Shown here one piece after another: positions 12,208-26,069 of a DNA stretch of 64,000 nucleotides. The position numbers and the translations under genes are program-made. Location of the stretch: contig NC_043018.1 in NCBI RefSeq assembly GCF_006345805.1, positions 10,230,001-10,294,000 on the forward strand, read 5' to 3'. The notes under the pieces were generated by a model. The model worked only from the letters and a program-made list of their open reading frames with translations, was not told the origin of the DNA and did no database searches. Every line of letters begins with the position of its first letter. The first letter of the stretch is position 1. The DNA is from Octopus sinensis. Taxonomy: Eukaryota.

Positions 12208-12889
12208 CTGGAATTAGAAAAATAAGGTTGGTATTTAGTATGTGTTTAGTAAGAAATGAAGTAGAATCGGTATCATATGTGAAGAAAATGGTATTACGAT
12301 GAGATATAAACTGTAGCATGTGATAACAGACAGGGTATGAGGTGGAGTATGGGATCAGGAAAGGATGTCAAATGAATTATGCAAAACTGGGACAGGATAT
12401 CAACTGAATTATGAGATTAGGACTGGATATTATCTGAATTAGGAATGGAAGAGGATATCAACAGTATAGGCCTGATGAATCGGGCTAATTTCAAGTACTA
12501 CAACAACAATAACAACAACAACATGACCAATGGAAGTATGAAAAAGAAACACAGGCATGAGTGTGCGTTTAGCAACCTTGCTTCTTAACCATGCGATCTT
12601 GGTTCAGTCCCACCGCATGGTATATTGGGCAAGTCTAGCCTTGTCTTCTGGTATAGCTTTGGTCAACCTATAGGTTGACTAAAGTTTTGTGAGTGAATTT
12701 GGTTGGTGGAAACTGAAAGAAGCCCATGGCTGAGTGGTAAGAAGCTTGCTTCCCAACCACATGGTTCAGGGTTCAGTCCCACTCTGTAACACCTTGGGTA
12801 AGTGTCTTCTAGTATGGCCTCAGGCCGACCAAAGCCTTCTGAGTGAATTTGGTAGATGGAATGTATATGTGTGTATATATATATATATA

Positions 12890-12924
<35 letters not shown>

Positions 12925-13073
12925 CTCTTTCTTTCGGAGAGGCACAAGCACCTACACGCACATATACACACACGGCAGTAACTTCCGCCTGCCGAATTCA
13001 ATCACAAAGTGCCATATATATATGTATATATATATATATATTATATATATATATATAATATATATATATATAT

Positions 13074-13126
<53 letters not shown>

Positions 13127-13210
13127 GAATTTGTAGACAAACAAAAGACGAAGACAGGTGGTGTAGACAACAAACAGATGTATTAGTTTAACATTCGGGA
13201 GTGAGAAAGT

Positions 13211-13246
13211 CTTTAACGTTTTGAGCCTTTGCTCTTCGACAGAAAG
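13211..13246 (-). ncRNA. Degenerate minimal hammerhead in a PLE terminal repeat
   Basis: CTTT-CTGTCGA-AGAGC-AAAG-GCTC-AAAAC-GTT-AAAG; core A6 and G12 substituted. Confidence 0.5.
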
Positions 13247-13684
13247 GAACACAGAAATAAACAGGGAGAGAAAATTTTAAATAAAGGTTTAGTGGCTAGC
13301 TATCTATCTTGTATCTTTTCTCTTTTCAAAGAAAATATTTCTCCCAGCATTCACTATTTTCCTCTTGTTCTGGTCTAACGTCCCTCAATGTTTGTTTTTG
13401 TTCGGTTTCCTTGTATGTCTCTACTGTCCTATTTTTGTTCCTAACTTTGACCCTCCATAAATCCCAAATTTTATTTTGGCATTTATGAGAGCAACTGTCT
13501 TTGAAGACTCATATTGTTGCTGAATGTTCGAAATGAGAAGCAGATAGACAGCCGACAACTGATGAATGGTCCTTTCTCTGTGTTACTTGTCCTGTTTTCC
13601 ATTTTTCTCTTGTTTGCGTATTGGACTCCTTTGTTTTCCTATTTCATATTGTTTACACAGCTGGTGACATCCTGTACCCATATA

Positions 13685-13718
<34 letters not shown>

Positions 13719-13848
13719 TAGTTATCGCCATACTAATATGGCAGTCTATAAAAAGCTGTCGCTGATTAGCTCCAAGAAGCCATGAACCTGCGTCCATTAC
13801 AACCTTCGAACAGGGGAGGTCAGCCGCTTCACCTTGCTAGTCAGACAT

Positions 13849-13889
13849 CTGCAGACATGTTTCAGGGTTGTTGCCCTTTATCAATGCAG
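13849..13889 (-). ncRNA. Degenerate minimal hammerhead (stems intact, core mutated)
   Basis: CTGCA-TTGATAA-AGGG-CAACAA-CCCT-GAAAC-AT-GTC-TGCAG. Confidence 0.55.
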
Positions 13890-14283
13890 CGTAGCCAGAA
13901 CCAGCAGGTGTCGCTACTGACTGTCTGTTCGAAGATTTTATTTACCTAGTTACAGTGGAATACATCCACTTGTTTTCAATAATAGAAATATTAAAATTAC
14001 TAAGTCTCTCTAAAGGAGATTACGGCAGCGTTACTGGGTATTAATAGTTATCGGCTGACCTCCCCTGTTCGAAGGTTGTAATGGACGCAGGTTCGTGTGT
14101 CAAATAGCTAGCTAGAGGCAATGGCCTCTTGGAGCTAATCAGCGACAGCTTTAGTCTTATATTTATAGACTGCCATATTAGTATGGCGATAACTATTAAT
14201 ACCCAGTAACGCTGCCGTAATCTCCTTTAGAGAGACTTAATATTTAATATTTCTATTATATATATATATATATAAACGTATAT

Positions 14284-14329
<46 letters not shown>

Positions 14330-14648
14330 GTATATATATATATATAAATGTATATATATATATATATAAATGTATATATATATATATAAATGTATATATA
14401 TATATATAAATGTATATTATATATATATATATATAAATGTATATATATATATATATATTATAAATGTAATATATATATATATAAATGTATATATATATAT
14501 ATAAATATGTATATATATAAATGTATATATATATATAAATGTATATATATATATATATATATAAATGTATATATATATATATATATAAATGTATATATAT
14601 ATATTATATATATATAATATATTATATATAATATATATATATATATAA

Positions 14649-14706
<58 letters not shown>

Positions 14707-14776
14707 ATGAGCGCGTGTGTACCATTGGCGATTTTTTTTCCTTCGTCTTCCCTTCCTGGATCTTTCCTTTTCCTAT

Positions 14777-14811
14777 GTTTCTGACGAAGCGCTCCGCTTG
14801 AAACGTTAAAC
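14777..14811 (+). ncRNA. Minimal hammerhead motif of PLE type
   Basis: GTTT-CTGACGA-AGCG-CTC-CGCT-T-GAAAC-GTT-AAAC; palindromic ACGT stem III as in dimeric PLE hammerheads. Confidence 0.65.
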
Positions 14812-15334
14812 CCTCCTTCTTTCCTGAGCATCCAATAATACTATACTTGTTCCACGTCCTTGTGTTGCTGTGTTTTCTCTTTGTGTTTTCATGTTTGGAT
14901 TAACTTTATATATATATATAAATCTGAAGATAAAAATCGGATTTTTAAAAATATGCTCAGCCGATGGTTTTAATTGATTAATACCAATTTCTACCCTAAT
15001 TATTTAATTTTATATATATACATAAACACACACACACACACCATCCAAGCATGGCCGTTCGCCAGCCTCGTCTGGCACCTCTGTCTGTGGCACATAAAAA
15101 GACACCATCCGTGCATGGCCGTTCGCCAGCCTCATCTGGCACCTGTGTTGGTGGCACATAAAAAGCACCCACTACACTCACGGAGTGGTTGGCGTTAGGA
15201 AGGGCATCCAGCTGTAGAAACACTGCCAGATCAGACTGGGCCTGGCGCAGCCTTCTGGCTTCCCAGACCCCAGTTGAACCGTCCAACCCATGGTAGCATG
15301 GAAAGCGGACGTTAAATGATGATGATGATGATGA

Positions 15335-15375
<41 letters not shown>

Positions 15376-17293
15376 TGCAGGAGTGGCTGTGTGGTAAGTA
15401 GCTTGCTAACCAACCACATGGTTCCGGGTTCAGTCCCACTGCGTGGCATCTTGGGCAAGTGTCTTCTGCTATAGACCCGGGCTGACCAATGCCTTGTGAG
15501 TGGATTTGGTAGACGGAAACTGAAAGAAGCCTGTCGTATATATGTATATATATATATATGTATGTATGTGTATGTTTGTGTGTCTGTGTTTGTCCCCCTA
15601 GCATTGCTTGACAACTGATTCTGGTGTGTTTATATCCCCGTCACTTAGCGGTTCGGCAAAAGAGACCGATAGAATAAGTACTGGGCTGACAAAGAATAAG
15701 TCCAGGGGTCGATTTGCTCGACTAAAGGTGGTGCTCCAGCATGGCCACAGTCAAATAACTGAAACAAGTAAAAGAGTAAAAGAGTAAAAGAGATATATTA
15801 TTATTATTTATATTATTATATATATATTTAGTAGTACACTGCTGGCATGTCCTGAAGCCTCTGCCACTGATGGAGGAAACTGTGACCCCTCCCATTATGA
15901 TGAAAGATGATTTTGTGATCTTCTTTCATAAGGAGGGGCAGTACACAGCTTTCTGAAGAAGTTAGAGGGCCGGAGGGAGGGGGTCCCGTCCTGGACTGAA
16001 GATCCGGATTGGTCTCCACAGGTAACTGCATAGGTCATAACGGAGGATGATATGTTAAGGGTGGTGGACTCCTTCTCCAAGGACCAGTATAGGGTTTACT
16101 TTTTGGAGCCCCGACTAGGAACAGCAGGATTGCCTGCGGGAGGCATGTAGCCTGGTGAGGGAGGAAAGACAAGAAGCCTTAGTGCCTCAATTTGAATTTG
16201 TATTGTTTGTATTTTTTTGGTAAGAGGCTCAGCGCCTCAATTTTTAAGGACAATGATGTCCATTTGTTGAACTGAGGTAAGAGGTTCAATACCTCCTTTT
16301 GTTATATTGTAAAAAAAAAAAGAGAATAATGTGAAGTATATTTGCCATCTCAATATGGCTAACCACTAAGGGTGGGTGTTACTGTAGCTTGTGGCCCCAG
16401 GAGATCATCGTCTCCAGCTGGCTATTGACACACTTTCTGTATCCTATCGGTAATAGCAAAGGGAGGTCATCCCTAGGTCGACGAGGGAGGGATGACCTCC
16501 CTTTGCAAATACTAGTAGGGCACAGAAAGTGTGCCTAAAGCCAGCTGGAGACGATGATCTCCTAGGGCTACAAGCTACAGTAACACCCACCCTTAGTGGT
16601 TAGCCATATTGAGATGGCTAGTATACTTTACGTTGTCGTGCAGTTACTGTCTATACCTCGTTCAGAGATTTATTATTGAAGAGAATAATGTTTCCGAGAA
16701 TGCAACAATCGGCGGGGATTGTTTGCTTCTCCTACCAACCATTTTTTCATTCCGTTATCATAGTGTTTTTGTCCAGCCTGCAGCAACATCTTTGTAAGGG
16801 GCTGCAGAGCCAATTTTATGAAATAAAGTAGCTTGCTTACCAACCACATGGTTCCAGGTTCAGTTCCATTGCATGGCACCTTGGGCAAGTGTCTTCAGCT
16901 ATAGCCTTGGGCCAGCCAAAGGAAACTGAAAGAAGCCTGTCATATATATATATGTATGTGTGCGCGCGCGTGTGTGTGTGTGCATGTGTGTGTGTGTGCA
17001 TGTGTGTGGTATGCATGCGTGCATGTGTGTGTGTGTGTGCACGTGTGTCTATGCATGCGTGTGTGTGTCTGTGTTTGTCCCTCCAGCATAGCTTGACAAC
17101 TGATGTTGGTGTGTTTACATCCCTGTAACTTAGCGGTTTGGCAAAAGTGATTGATAGAATAAGTACTAGGTTGACAAAGAATAAGTCCTGGGGTTGATTT
17201 GTTCAACCAAAGGCAGCGCTCCAGTAGGCTGCAGTCAAATAAGTAAAACAAATAAAAGAATAAAAGAATATATATATATATATACTGTATGTA

Positions 17294-17327
<34 letters not shown>

Positions 17328-17719
17328 CTGTATATCTGTATACTGTGTATATATATATATAATCACTACACGTTTCCATACAACATAAATCTACATATAT
17401 ACAGTATATATATATATGTGTGTGTGTGTGCTTGTGTGTGTACTGTATGTATGTTGAATGGAAGCGTGTGTAGTGTGATTATTAAATAACTATCTAACTG
17501 TACTTCTTGTTGACCCTTATCTTATTTATTATATATATAGGCCAGGAGTGGCTGTGTGGTAAGTAGTTTGCTAACCAACCACATGGTTCCGGGTTCAGTC
17601 CCACTGCGTGGCATCTTGGGCAAGTGCCTTCTGCTATAGCCCCGGGCCGACCAATGCCTTGAGTGATTGATTGGTAGACGGAAACTGAAAGAAGCCTGTC
17701 GTATATATGTTATATATAT

Positions 17720-17764
<45 letters not shown>

Positions 17765-19116
17765 ATATTATATGTGTGTGTGTGTGTGTGTGTGGTGTAT
17801 GCATGTATATATGTATGTATGTGTCGGGTCACTTTCGAGTGCTACTGGTAACATGTAACCCAGTACAACCTGTTGCATGGTCGGGTCTTCGGTGACTAAA
17901 CCGGCAACCCCACCAAGCTTGCTTGGTGAGGAGGGTATTTATTGGACACCCTGGGGGATGAAAAACAAAACCCGTCAGAGGATGGAGGAACTCTTGAGAG
18001 TCAACAGCCATCCAATAAATGTCTTAAGGATGTATCATGCGTGAGGACATAGAAATAATCGGACTGAATACCCGATCGGGTGGTTAAACCATTGGGAGTG
18101 AAGGACTCCTAGCCTTTGTTAGGGCATCCTTCTAGGAGAAGGTAACTCAGGTAACTGGGATAACTCCGACATAAAACCTGCGGCTCAGTGGTTACCGATG
18201 ATGTTGACTTGTTCTTCTTTTCGGATTATGGCTGCTGTTGCTTAGTGAGTGGGATTGACTCAGTGCACAGCCTTTCCTCACTTTAAAAAAAAATCTTCTT
18301 GCACAGGCATTGCATGATAACAACATTGATTAAGCTTTGCGCAATGGCCATACTCGATAACGAGGGGGCAGCCACCATGTATGTATGTACGTATGTTTTT
18401 GTGTCTATAGTTATCCTTCACCACCAATATTGGTGTGTTTACCTCCCTAATACTTAGTGGTTTGGCAAAGATATCGATAAAATAAATTCCAGGCTTTAAA
18501 AAAACAAACTACTGGGGTCAGTTCATTCGACAAAAAATTCTTCAATGCAGTGCCCCAGCGTGGCTACAGTCAAATTACTGAAACAAGTAAAAGATAAAAG
18601 ATTATCTGTCTAAATCTATGTATCTTCTATATACTTATAAAAAGCAAGTTTGTTTGAAGATTAATCATTAATTTCACTGAGTGGCTGTGTGGTAAGTAGC
18701 TTGTTCACGAACCACATGGTTCCAGGTTCAGTCCCACTGCGTGACACATTGTGCAAGTGTCTTCTACTATAGCCTCGGGCCGACCAAAGCCTTTTGAGTG
18801 GATTTGGTAGACGGAAACTGAAAGAAGGCCGTCGTATATATGTGTGTGTGTGTGTGTTTGTGTGTCTGTGTTTGTCCCCCCAACATCGCTTGACAACCGA
18901 TGCTGATGTGTTTACGTCCCCGTCACTTAGCGGTTCGGCAAAATAGACCGATAGAATAAGTACTGGGCTTACAAAGAATGAGTCCCGGGGTCGATTTGCT
19001 CGACTAAAGGCGGTGCTCCAGCATGGCCGCAGTCAAATGACTGAAACAAGTAAAAGAGTAAAAAGAGTAAAAAATAAAATTGGTAATAAGTTAGTTTGTG
19101 TGTATGTGTGTGTGTA

Positions 19117-19148
<32 letters not shown>

Positions 19149-19937
19149 TGTGTATGTGTGTGTGTGTGTAGTGTGTGTATGTGTGTGTGTGTATGTGTGT
19201 GTGTGTGTGTATGTGTGTGTGTGTGTATGTGTGTGTGTGTGTATGTGTGTGTGTGTGTGTGTGTTTATAACTGATCTGGCCTCCAATATGCCTGCTGTGA
19301 ACCCACGCCCACCCATCGAAAAAAGGGGTTTGGAGGTCGAGGGTAAATTACCTTTATAATTTGAAGTCGAAAACTGTAAAAATAATTTACGGTCAGCCAT
19401 AAATAAGTCTTATAATATATCTTGTCAGTTAAGCAGCGAAAATAATGGCAAGAATTGCAAACGGAACGGGAATGAGAGACAGTTAGAAACGCTAAATGGA
19501 AGCCGAAACCGCGATGAAAGAAGAATTTGTTGAGAATCAAAACACAAAACTGCAAATTCTTATCATGAATTGAATTTAGTTTATCCATTCCATACACACA
19601 CAAACACGCACACACACACATAGATATATAAATGAAATTAGATATCAACCTCGTTTGCTCACGAAATACTATTTTCTTCTCCAACTATTGCGTGTTTTGC
19701 AGATTACATCGATCAGCAAACTGTAAACAAAAAACACACGGACGCGCACACATTTACCAAAAACACACGGACGCGCACACGTTTACCAAAAACACACGGA
19801 CGCGCACACATTTACCAAACACACACGCATATCTATGTGTGTGCGCATGCATAGGGGCATAGAAATATGTATGCGTATTTATAAGCGCGCGCGCACACAC
19901 ACACACACACACATACTCACGTGAATATATATGTATA

Positions 19938-20104
19938 CCGCATTTAACGTGTATAAGGAACCCCCTAATTTTGGGAGTTTAAAATTTGGAAAAAAAAGTT
20001 TTGTAAGGGATTATAATACTATCCATGTATAAAAAAAAAAACTCCCATATTTTTTAAACCTAATTTTTGACAAAAAAGGGTTCTTTATACACCTTAAAAT
20101 ACGG
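19938..20104. mobile_element. Tc1/mariner-superfamily MITE
   Basis: Imperfect TIRs of about 27 bp, CCGCATTTAACGTGTATAAGGAACCC / GGGTTCTTTATACACCTTAAAATACGG, TA on both sides. Confidence 0.7.
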
Positions 20105-20188
20105 TATGTTTGAGACAAATGTATATATATACATATATATGGATGTGTGTATACATATATATATATAAAAAGAGAGAGAGTGAGAAAA

Positions 20189-20220
<32 letters not shown>

Positions 20221-20685
20221 CTCTTTTACTCTTTTACTCTTTTACTTGTTTCAGTCATTTGACTGCGGCCCTGCTGGAGCACCGCCTTTAGTCGAGCAAA
20301 TCGACCCCGGGACTTATTCTTTGTAAGCCCAGTACTTATTCTATCGGTCTCTTTTGCTGAACCGCTAAGTGACAGGGACGTAAACACACCAGCATCGGTT
20401 GCAAGCAATGCTAGGGGAACAAACACAGACACACAAACACACATACATATATATATATATATACATATATACGACAGGCTTCTTTCAGTTTCCATCTACC
20501 AATCCACTCACAAGGCATTGGTCGGCCGGGGCTATAGCAGAAGACACTTGCCCAAGATGCCACGCAGTGGGACTGAACCCGGAACCATGTGGTTGGTTAG
20601 CAAGCTACTTACCACACAGCCACTCCTGCGCCTATATATATATATATAAAAAGAGAGAGAGAGAGAGAGAGAGAGAAAAAGAAAA

Positions 20686-20728
<43 letters not shown>

Positions 20729-22024
20729 TATATATATTATATATATATACGTTGTGTGTATGTGATTTAAGGATGACTTAGCTGTTGTTTTTAGCACATT
20801 CACGACCATCAGATAGCTTGCTCGTCACTGGTAGTTATTGATGTTTTTCAATATTTTTCACCACATATTTTTTCTGGCGAGCTGGCAGAGTGGTTAGCAC
20901 GCCGGGCGAAATGCTTAGCTGTATTTCATCGGCCGCTACGTTCTGAGCTCAAATTCTGCCGAGGTCAACTATGCCTTTCATCCTTTCGGGGTCGATAAAT
21001 TAAGTACCAGTTATGCACTGGGGTCGATGTAATCGACTTAATCCCTCTGTCTGTCCTTGTTTGTCCCCTCTATGTTCAGCCCCTTGTGGCTAGTAAAGAA
21101 ATAGGTATTTCGTCTGTCTTTACGTTCTGAGTTCAAATTCTTTGTAAGCCTAGTGTATATTCTATCGGTCTCTCTTTGCTGAACCGCTAAGTGACAGGGA
21201 TGTAAACATACCAACATCAGTTGGCAAGTGATGGTGATGGGGACACAGACACAAATAACAAATATATGCATACATATATTACATGGGAAAATGTGAACAT
21301 GAAAAGTAATATTCTTAAGATTATAAACCTGGAAAAGTATAGGACAAGCTATTTCACCTGGAAAAGTATAGGACAAGCTATTACTTTTAGTAAAGTAAAG
21401 AATAACAAACTCTTTCCTTAAAATATTGCAACAAGAATGCCATTTGGAAATTCCTGATTGGATTGATTCAAAAATCCAGTCTTGTTACATTCTATGTCTT
21501 GCTGATTCTTTCTGAGAATTACAGGAAGGGCTCATGTATCTGTGGGACTCTCAGTTACTTTTATGCTGATTCAATGAATAGGGCATTTTATCGACCAAAT
21601 TCTTAATTTAGCCATCACTGAATCTAATGGAAATCCATTTAGATTGTTTATATGTTGAATTTCACTGAATAAAATTGGTAATAAGTTGGGTTTTTTTAGT
21701 ACTTTCAACTAATCTGACCTCTGTCATGTTTACTATGGTCTCTTTTTTGGGGGCTGCAAACAGTTCTGGGGTCGGGTATAAATTAGCTTTACAATTTGAA
21801 GTTTGAAAGTGTGGAAAGTGGCAAGATAACTTATGAACACTGCAAATTTCATTTTGAAAATAATCAAAAATTTTGGCAGATTTAGTAAAATAATGAACAA
21901 CATAATTCAATTTTTTGTGAGATTTTAATGTGAATAAGAGCAGTTTATGCATATTTTGTATCAGAGAAGTAGATGGGATTGCAGGTAGGGTCAGGGCAAA
22001 AAATGATTGGAATAAATATCTCAC

Positions 22025-22074
22025 CTTTCTCAGCACTTTCTCCAGAAACCTCTTTACTCGCTTTGTGTGTGGAA
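22025..22074 (-). CDS. 50-nt exon (phase 2 to 1): STHKASKEVSGESAEK
   Basis: catcttcattttatcctaTAG acceptor, AAG|GTGAGA donor; supplies the 2-to-1 phase change needed between 30589 and 12207. Confidence 0.82.
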
Positions 22075-22369
22075 CTATAGGATAAAATGAAGATGTTAAC
22101 TACACAAGAGATTGTCATGTGGTGTCAGTAAATGTTTTTTTTTTAATTTTTTATTTCTTACTTGTCTCAGTCATTTGATTGCAGCCATGCTGGAGCACCC
22201 CCAGGACATATTTTTCTTTTCATATTCTATCAGACTTTTTTGCCAAACTACTAAGTTACAGGGATGTAAATACACCAACACCAGTTGTCAAGCAGTTGTG
22301 TGGGGGACAAACACAGACACAAAGACACACACACATATAGATATAGGTGGACAAACCACAAATCCCTTC

Positions 22370-23610
22370 AGGTAGATGGCCCTGCTCGATTTGTAGAAAA
22401 GACATAGGTAGAAACTCTATAAGAGGTGCAACAATATCAAAGGAAGGCTAACTGGGAAGATAGTTTTTGTATGTGGCAGACGCTCAGGAGGAACAAACAC
22501 TGGAAATGTGCAAAAAACAGCCTCTGCCACATTCCAGGGAGAAAAACTAGAAGTAGTTGGCAGCTTCTGTTACCTAGGGAACCAAGTCAGTAGCAGGGGT
22601 GGATGCTCTGAAAGCGTAGCTGCTAGAATAAGAATAGCCTCGGCAAAGTTCAGAGAGCTCTTACCTCTGCTGGTGGCAAAAGGCCTCTCGCTCAGAGTAA
22701 AAGGCAGACTGTATGACGCATGTGTACGAAAAGCCATGCTACATGGCAGTGAAACATGGGCCGTGACTGCTGAGGACATGCATAGGCTTGAAAGGAATGA
22801 AGCCAGTATGCTCCGATGGATGTGTAATGTCAGTGTGCATACACGACAGAGTGTAAGTACCTTGAGAGAAATGTTGAACCTAAGAAGCATCAGATGTGGT
22901 GTGCAAGAGAGGCGTCTACGTTGGTATGGTCATTTGGAGAGAATGGATGTGGATATCTGTGGGAAAAATTGCCACACCCTAACAGTTGAGGGAACCTGTG
23001 GAAAAGGTAGACCCAGGAAGACCTGGGATGAAGTGGTGAATCATGACCTTCGAACATTAGGCCTCACCGAGGCAATGACTAGTGACCAGGACCTCTGGGA
23101 TTATACTTTGCTGTAGAAGACTCGGCAAATGCAAGTGAGACCATAACCTTTTGGCCTATGCTAGGGGTGTAACCAGTCCACTAATGCATGCCTTTTTTTC
23201 ATTAGACACTAAACTCTGCTTGTGAAGACCTGTTGAGGCAAGTGAAATCGAGATCGAAAACAAATTCAATGACTGGCATCCATGCTAGTGGAGCGCTAAG
23301 GGTACCATACAAGTGAGATCATTACCAGAGCAACAAGCTAGCCTCTGTGCTGATGGCACATTAAAAACACCATTCGAGCATGATCATTACTTGCATCGCC
23401 TTACTAGTCTTGTGCTGGTGGCACGCGAAAAAACATTCGAGTGAGGTCGTTGCCAGTGCCGCTGGACTGGCTCCTGTGCAGATGGCACATAAAAAGCACC
23501 ATTTGAGCATGGCCGTTGCCAGTATCGCCTGACTGGCCCTTGTGCCGGTGGAACGTAAAAGCACCCACTACACTTTCAGAGTGGTTGGTGTTAGGAAGAG
23601 CATCCAGCAT
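22370..23610 (+). mobile_element. 5'-truncated RTE-clade LINE (RT C-terminus and 3'UTR)
   Basis: FCYLG, AMLHGSETW, RRLRWYGHLERM, GRPRKTW motifs in ORF 22508-23116. Confidence 0.92.
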
Positions 23611-23989
23611 GGCCGCAGACTGAAACAAGTAAAGGAGTAAAGAGTAAAGAGTAAGTGAATACCATTACAAAAATTTTTTTGGCATATTTAAGAAATATCT
23701 TAAAGTGAAAATGGCTTAAAAATACAGTAAATATTTCATATAAGACTTGTTTGTAACCTCGACTGCGGCCATGCTGGAGCACCGCCTTTAATTGAGAAAC
23801 TCGACCCCGGGACTTATTCTTTTGTAAGCCCAGTACTTATTCTATCGGTCTCTTTTGCCGAACCGCTAAGTTATGGGGATGTAAAGACATCAGCATCAGT
23901 TGTCAAGCGATGTTGGGGGGACAAACACAGACACACAAACACACACACGCATATATATATATATATATATACATTTATTATATAGAAGG

Positions 23990-24041
23990 AGCTTCTACAG
24001 GACTAGAACTGTTTTCATTCAAGAGAAATCTTCAGGAAGCT
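23990..24041 (-). ncRNA. Hammerhead motif in the left TIR (one extra A after GAA)
   Basis: Reverse complement of 27404-27454 with GAAAACAG instead of GAAACAG. Confidence 0.6.
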
Positions 24042-26025
24042 AGTTAACAAGAATTGTATTGGCATTTATACATTTAGGCAGGTTTAAAGGGGTGTTGGTG
24101 GGGACTTTTTGGGTAGGCATAGCGCAAAATATCGTACTTGGGGGAGTGGTCAGGAGTCAGTGTTAAATTAGATAGAAGAAAGAATAAAAAAATAAAAAAA
24201 ATAAAAAATATATATATAAAAAAAAAAAAAAAGGGGAATAGAGTTTTAGGTAAATAAGGAGATTCTCACTTATACCCATGCACATATGTATACATATTAC
24301 ACCAAATACAAACATATATACATATACATACACACATACATACAACACATATATATACATTAGGCGGCGAGCTGGCAGAAACGTTAGCACGCGGGCGAAA
24401 TGCGGCTGTATTTCGTCTGTCGTCACGTTCCGAGTTCAAATTCCGCCGAGGTCGACTTTGCCTTTCATCCTTTCGGGGTCGATAAATTAAGTACCAGTTA
24501 CACACTGGGGTCGATATAATCGACTTAATCCGTTCGTCGTCCTTGTTTGTCCCGTCTGTGTTTAGCCCTTGTGGGTAGTAAAGGAAATATATATATACAA
24601 TATACACTTACACATACATATACATATCTAACACATACACATATATGTATACATACACACACTCACATGCATACACGTATACACACATGTATATATACAC
24701 ACACGACCACACATACATATACACACAGAAAAATATATATACACATACACACACAACTCACATACACGCATACACACACATATCCACACACACATGCACA
24801 CACAGCACACTAGTCCCTATATACACATATATACAATAAACACATATATACACACACATACATATACAACATATAATATATATATATAATATATATATAT
24901 ATACATATGTGTACCTATGCATACCTACACATACACCACATATATATATACACATACAAAACAGACCATTCCCTAATTTTAATTTTATTATCTTCGTTTA
25001 TTACTTTTGTTATCTTTGGCCGCTTGGTCAAAACATCTTGGCTATGACAGCCAGTCCATTTATCTGTCTATGGAAAGGAAAACAAGCACTCATTCACTCA
25101 AGCACACTCTTTAGCACGTACACTCACTCATTCGTACACTCATACACATACACGCACGCACGCGTTATATTCATACATACATACATCTACATACATTCAC
25201 GTATATACACACGTACGCGTACCTACAGATTCATGTTTACACTCTTCGAGGGCTAGTCTATACATATACACCAATAAATATAAATACACACACACATACA
25301 TATACACCTACATACAAATACATACATGTATATATATATATATTATATATTCACACATATATACACATATATATATATATATATACATATATATACACAT
25401 ATACACACATATACATATATATACACACATACACATACATACATATACACACATACACATACATACGTATACATACATACATACATCCATACATCCATAC
25501 ATACATACATTATACACATACACACACCCACACGTATACATATACATACATATATATACGCGCATGCATACACATACAAATACATACACATACGCATATA
25601 CATATACATACATACATATAAACACAATATTATATATATATATAGTATATATATTCATACACACACATACATATACATACATACAATACAAATAATACGC
25701 TCACACATACATACATACTCATATACACATTACACGCACATACACATGTACATGCGTACCCATACACACACACACACGCGCGCGCATCCATATATACACA
25801 TAAGTACACACATGCGTAAAAGTTATATATATCTATGCTTACACATACACACACACACACGCGCCTCCTTATATTCATACTTACATGATACTCAAAAAAA
25901 TAAGTAAATAGTAAAATATATATATACGCAGTTATTCATACATGCATACTCAAAAAATATAATAAATATTAAGTATATGTACGTGCAGTTACCTATTATA
26001 TAGACGGATACATACATATAAACTT

Positions 26026-26069
<44 letters not shown>

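Noticed and set aside
13557-13575. Isolated CTGATGA/CTGACGA hits (also 11914, 12473 and 48428)
   Set aside because: No stem II plus GAAA plus NUH arrangement.
15374-15450. tRNA genes at SINE heads
   Set aside because: A and B boxes are present, but there is no complete cloverleaf and each runs into a SINE body.
15830-16190. Acceptor-like site at about 16150 (minus) as a missing exon
   Set aside because: The required phases hit stops quickly; probably a TE relic.
17825-18400. GC-richer block resembling an RTE 5' region, possibly with an HDV-like ribozyme
   Set aside because: I could not build the nested double pseudoknot by eye; left unassigned.
21290-22010. Unique sequence with ORF 21662-22036
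   Set aside because: The ORF is read-through past the 22025 donor; no motif or splice sites found; origin unresolved.
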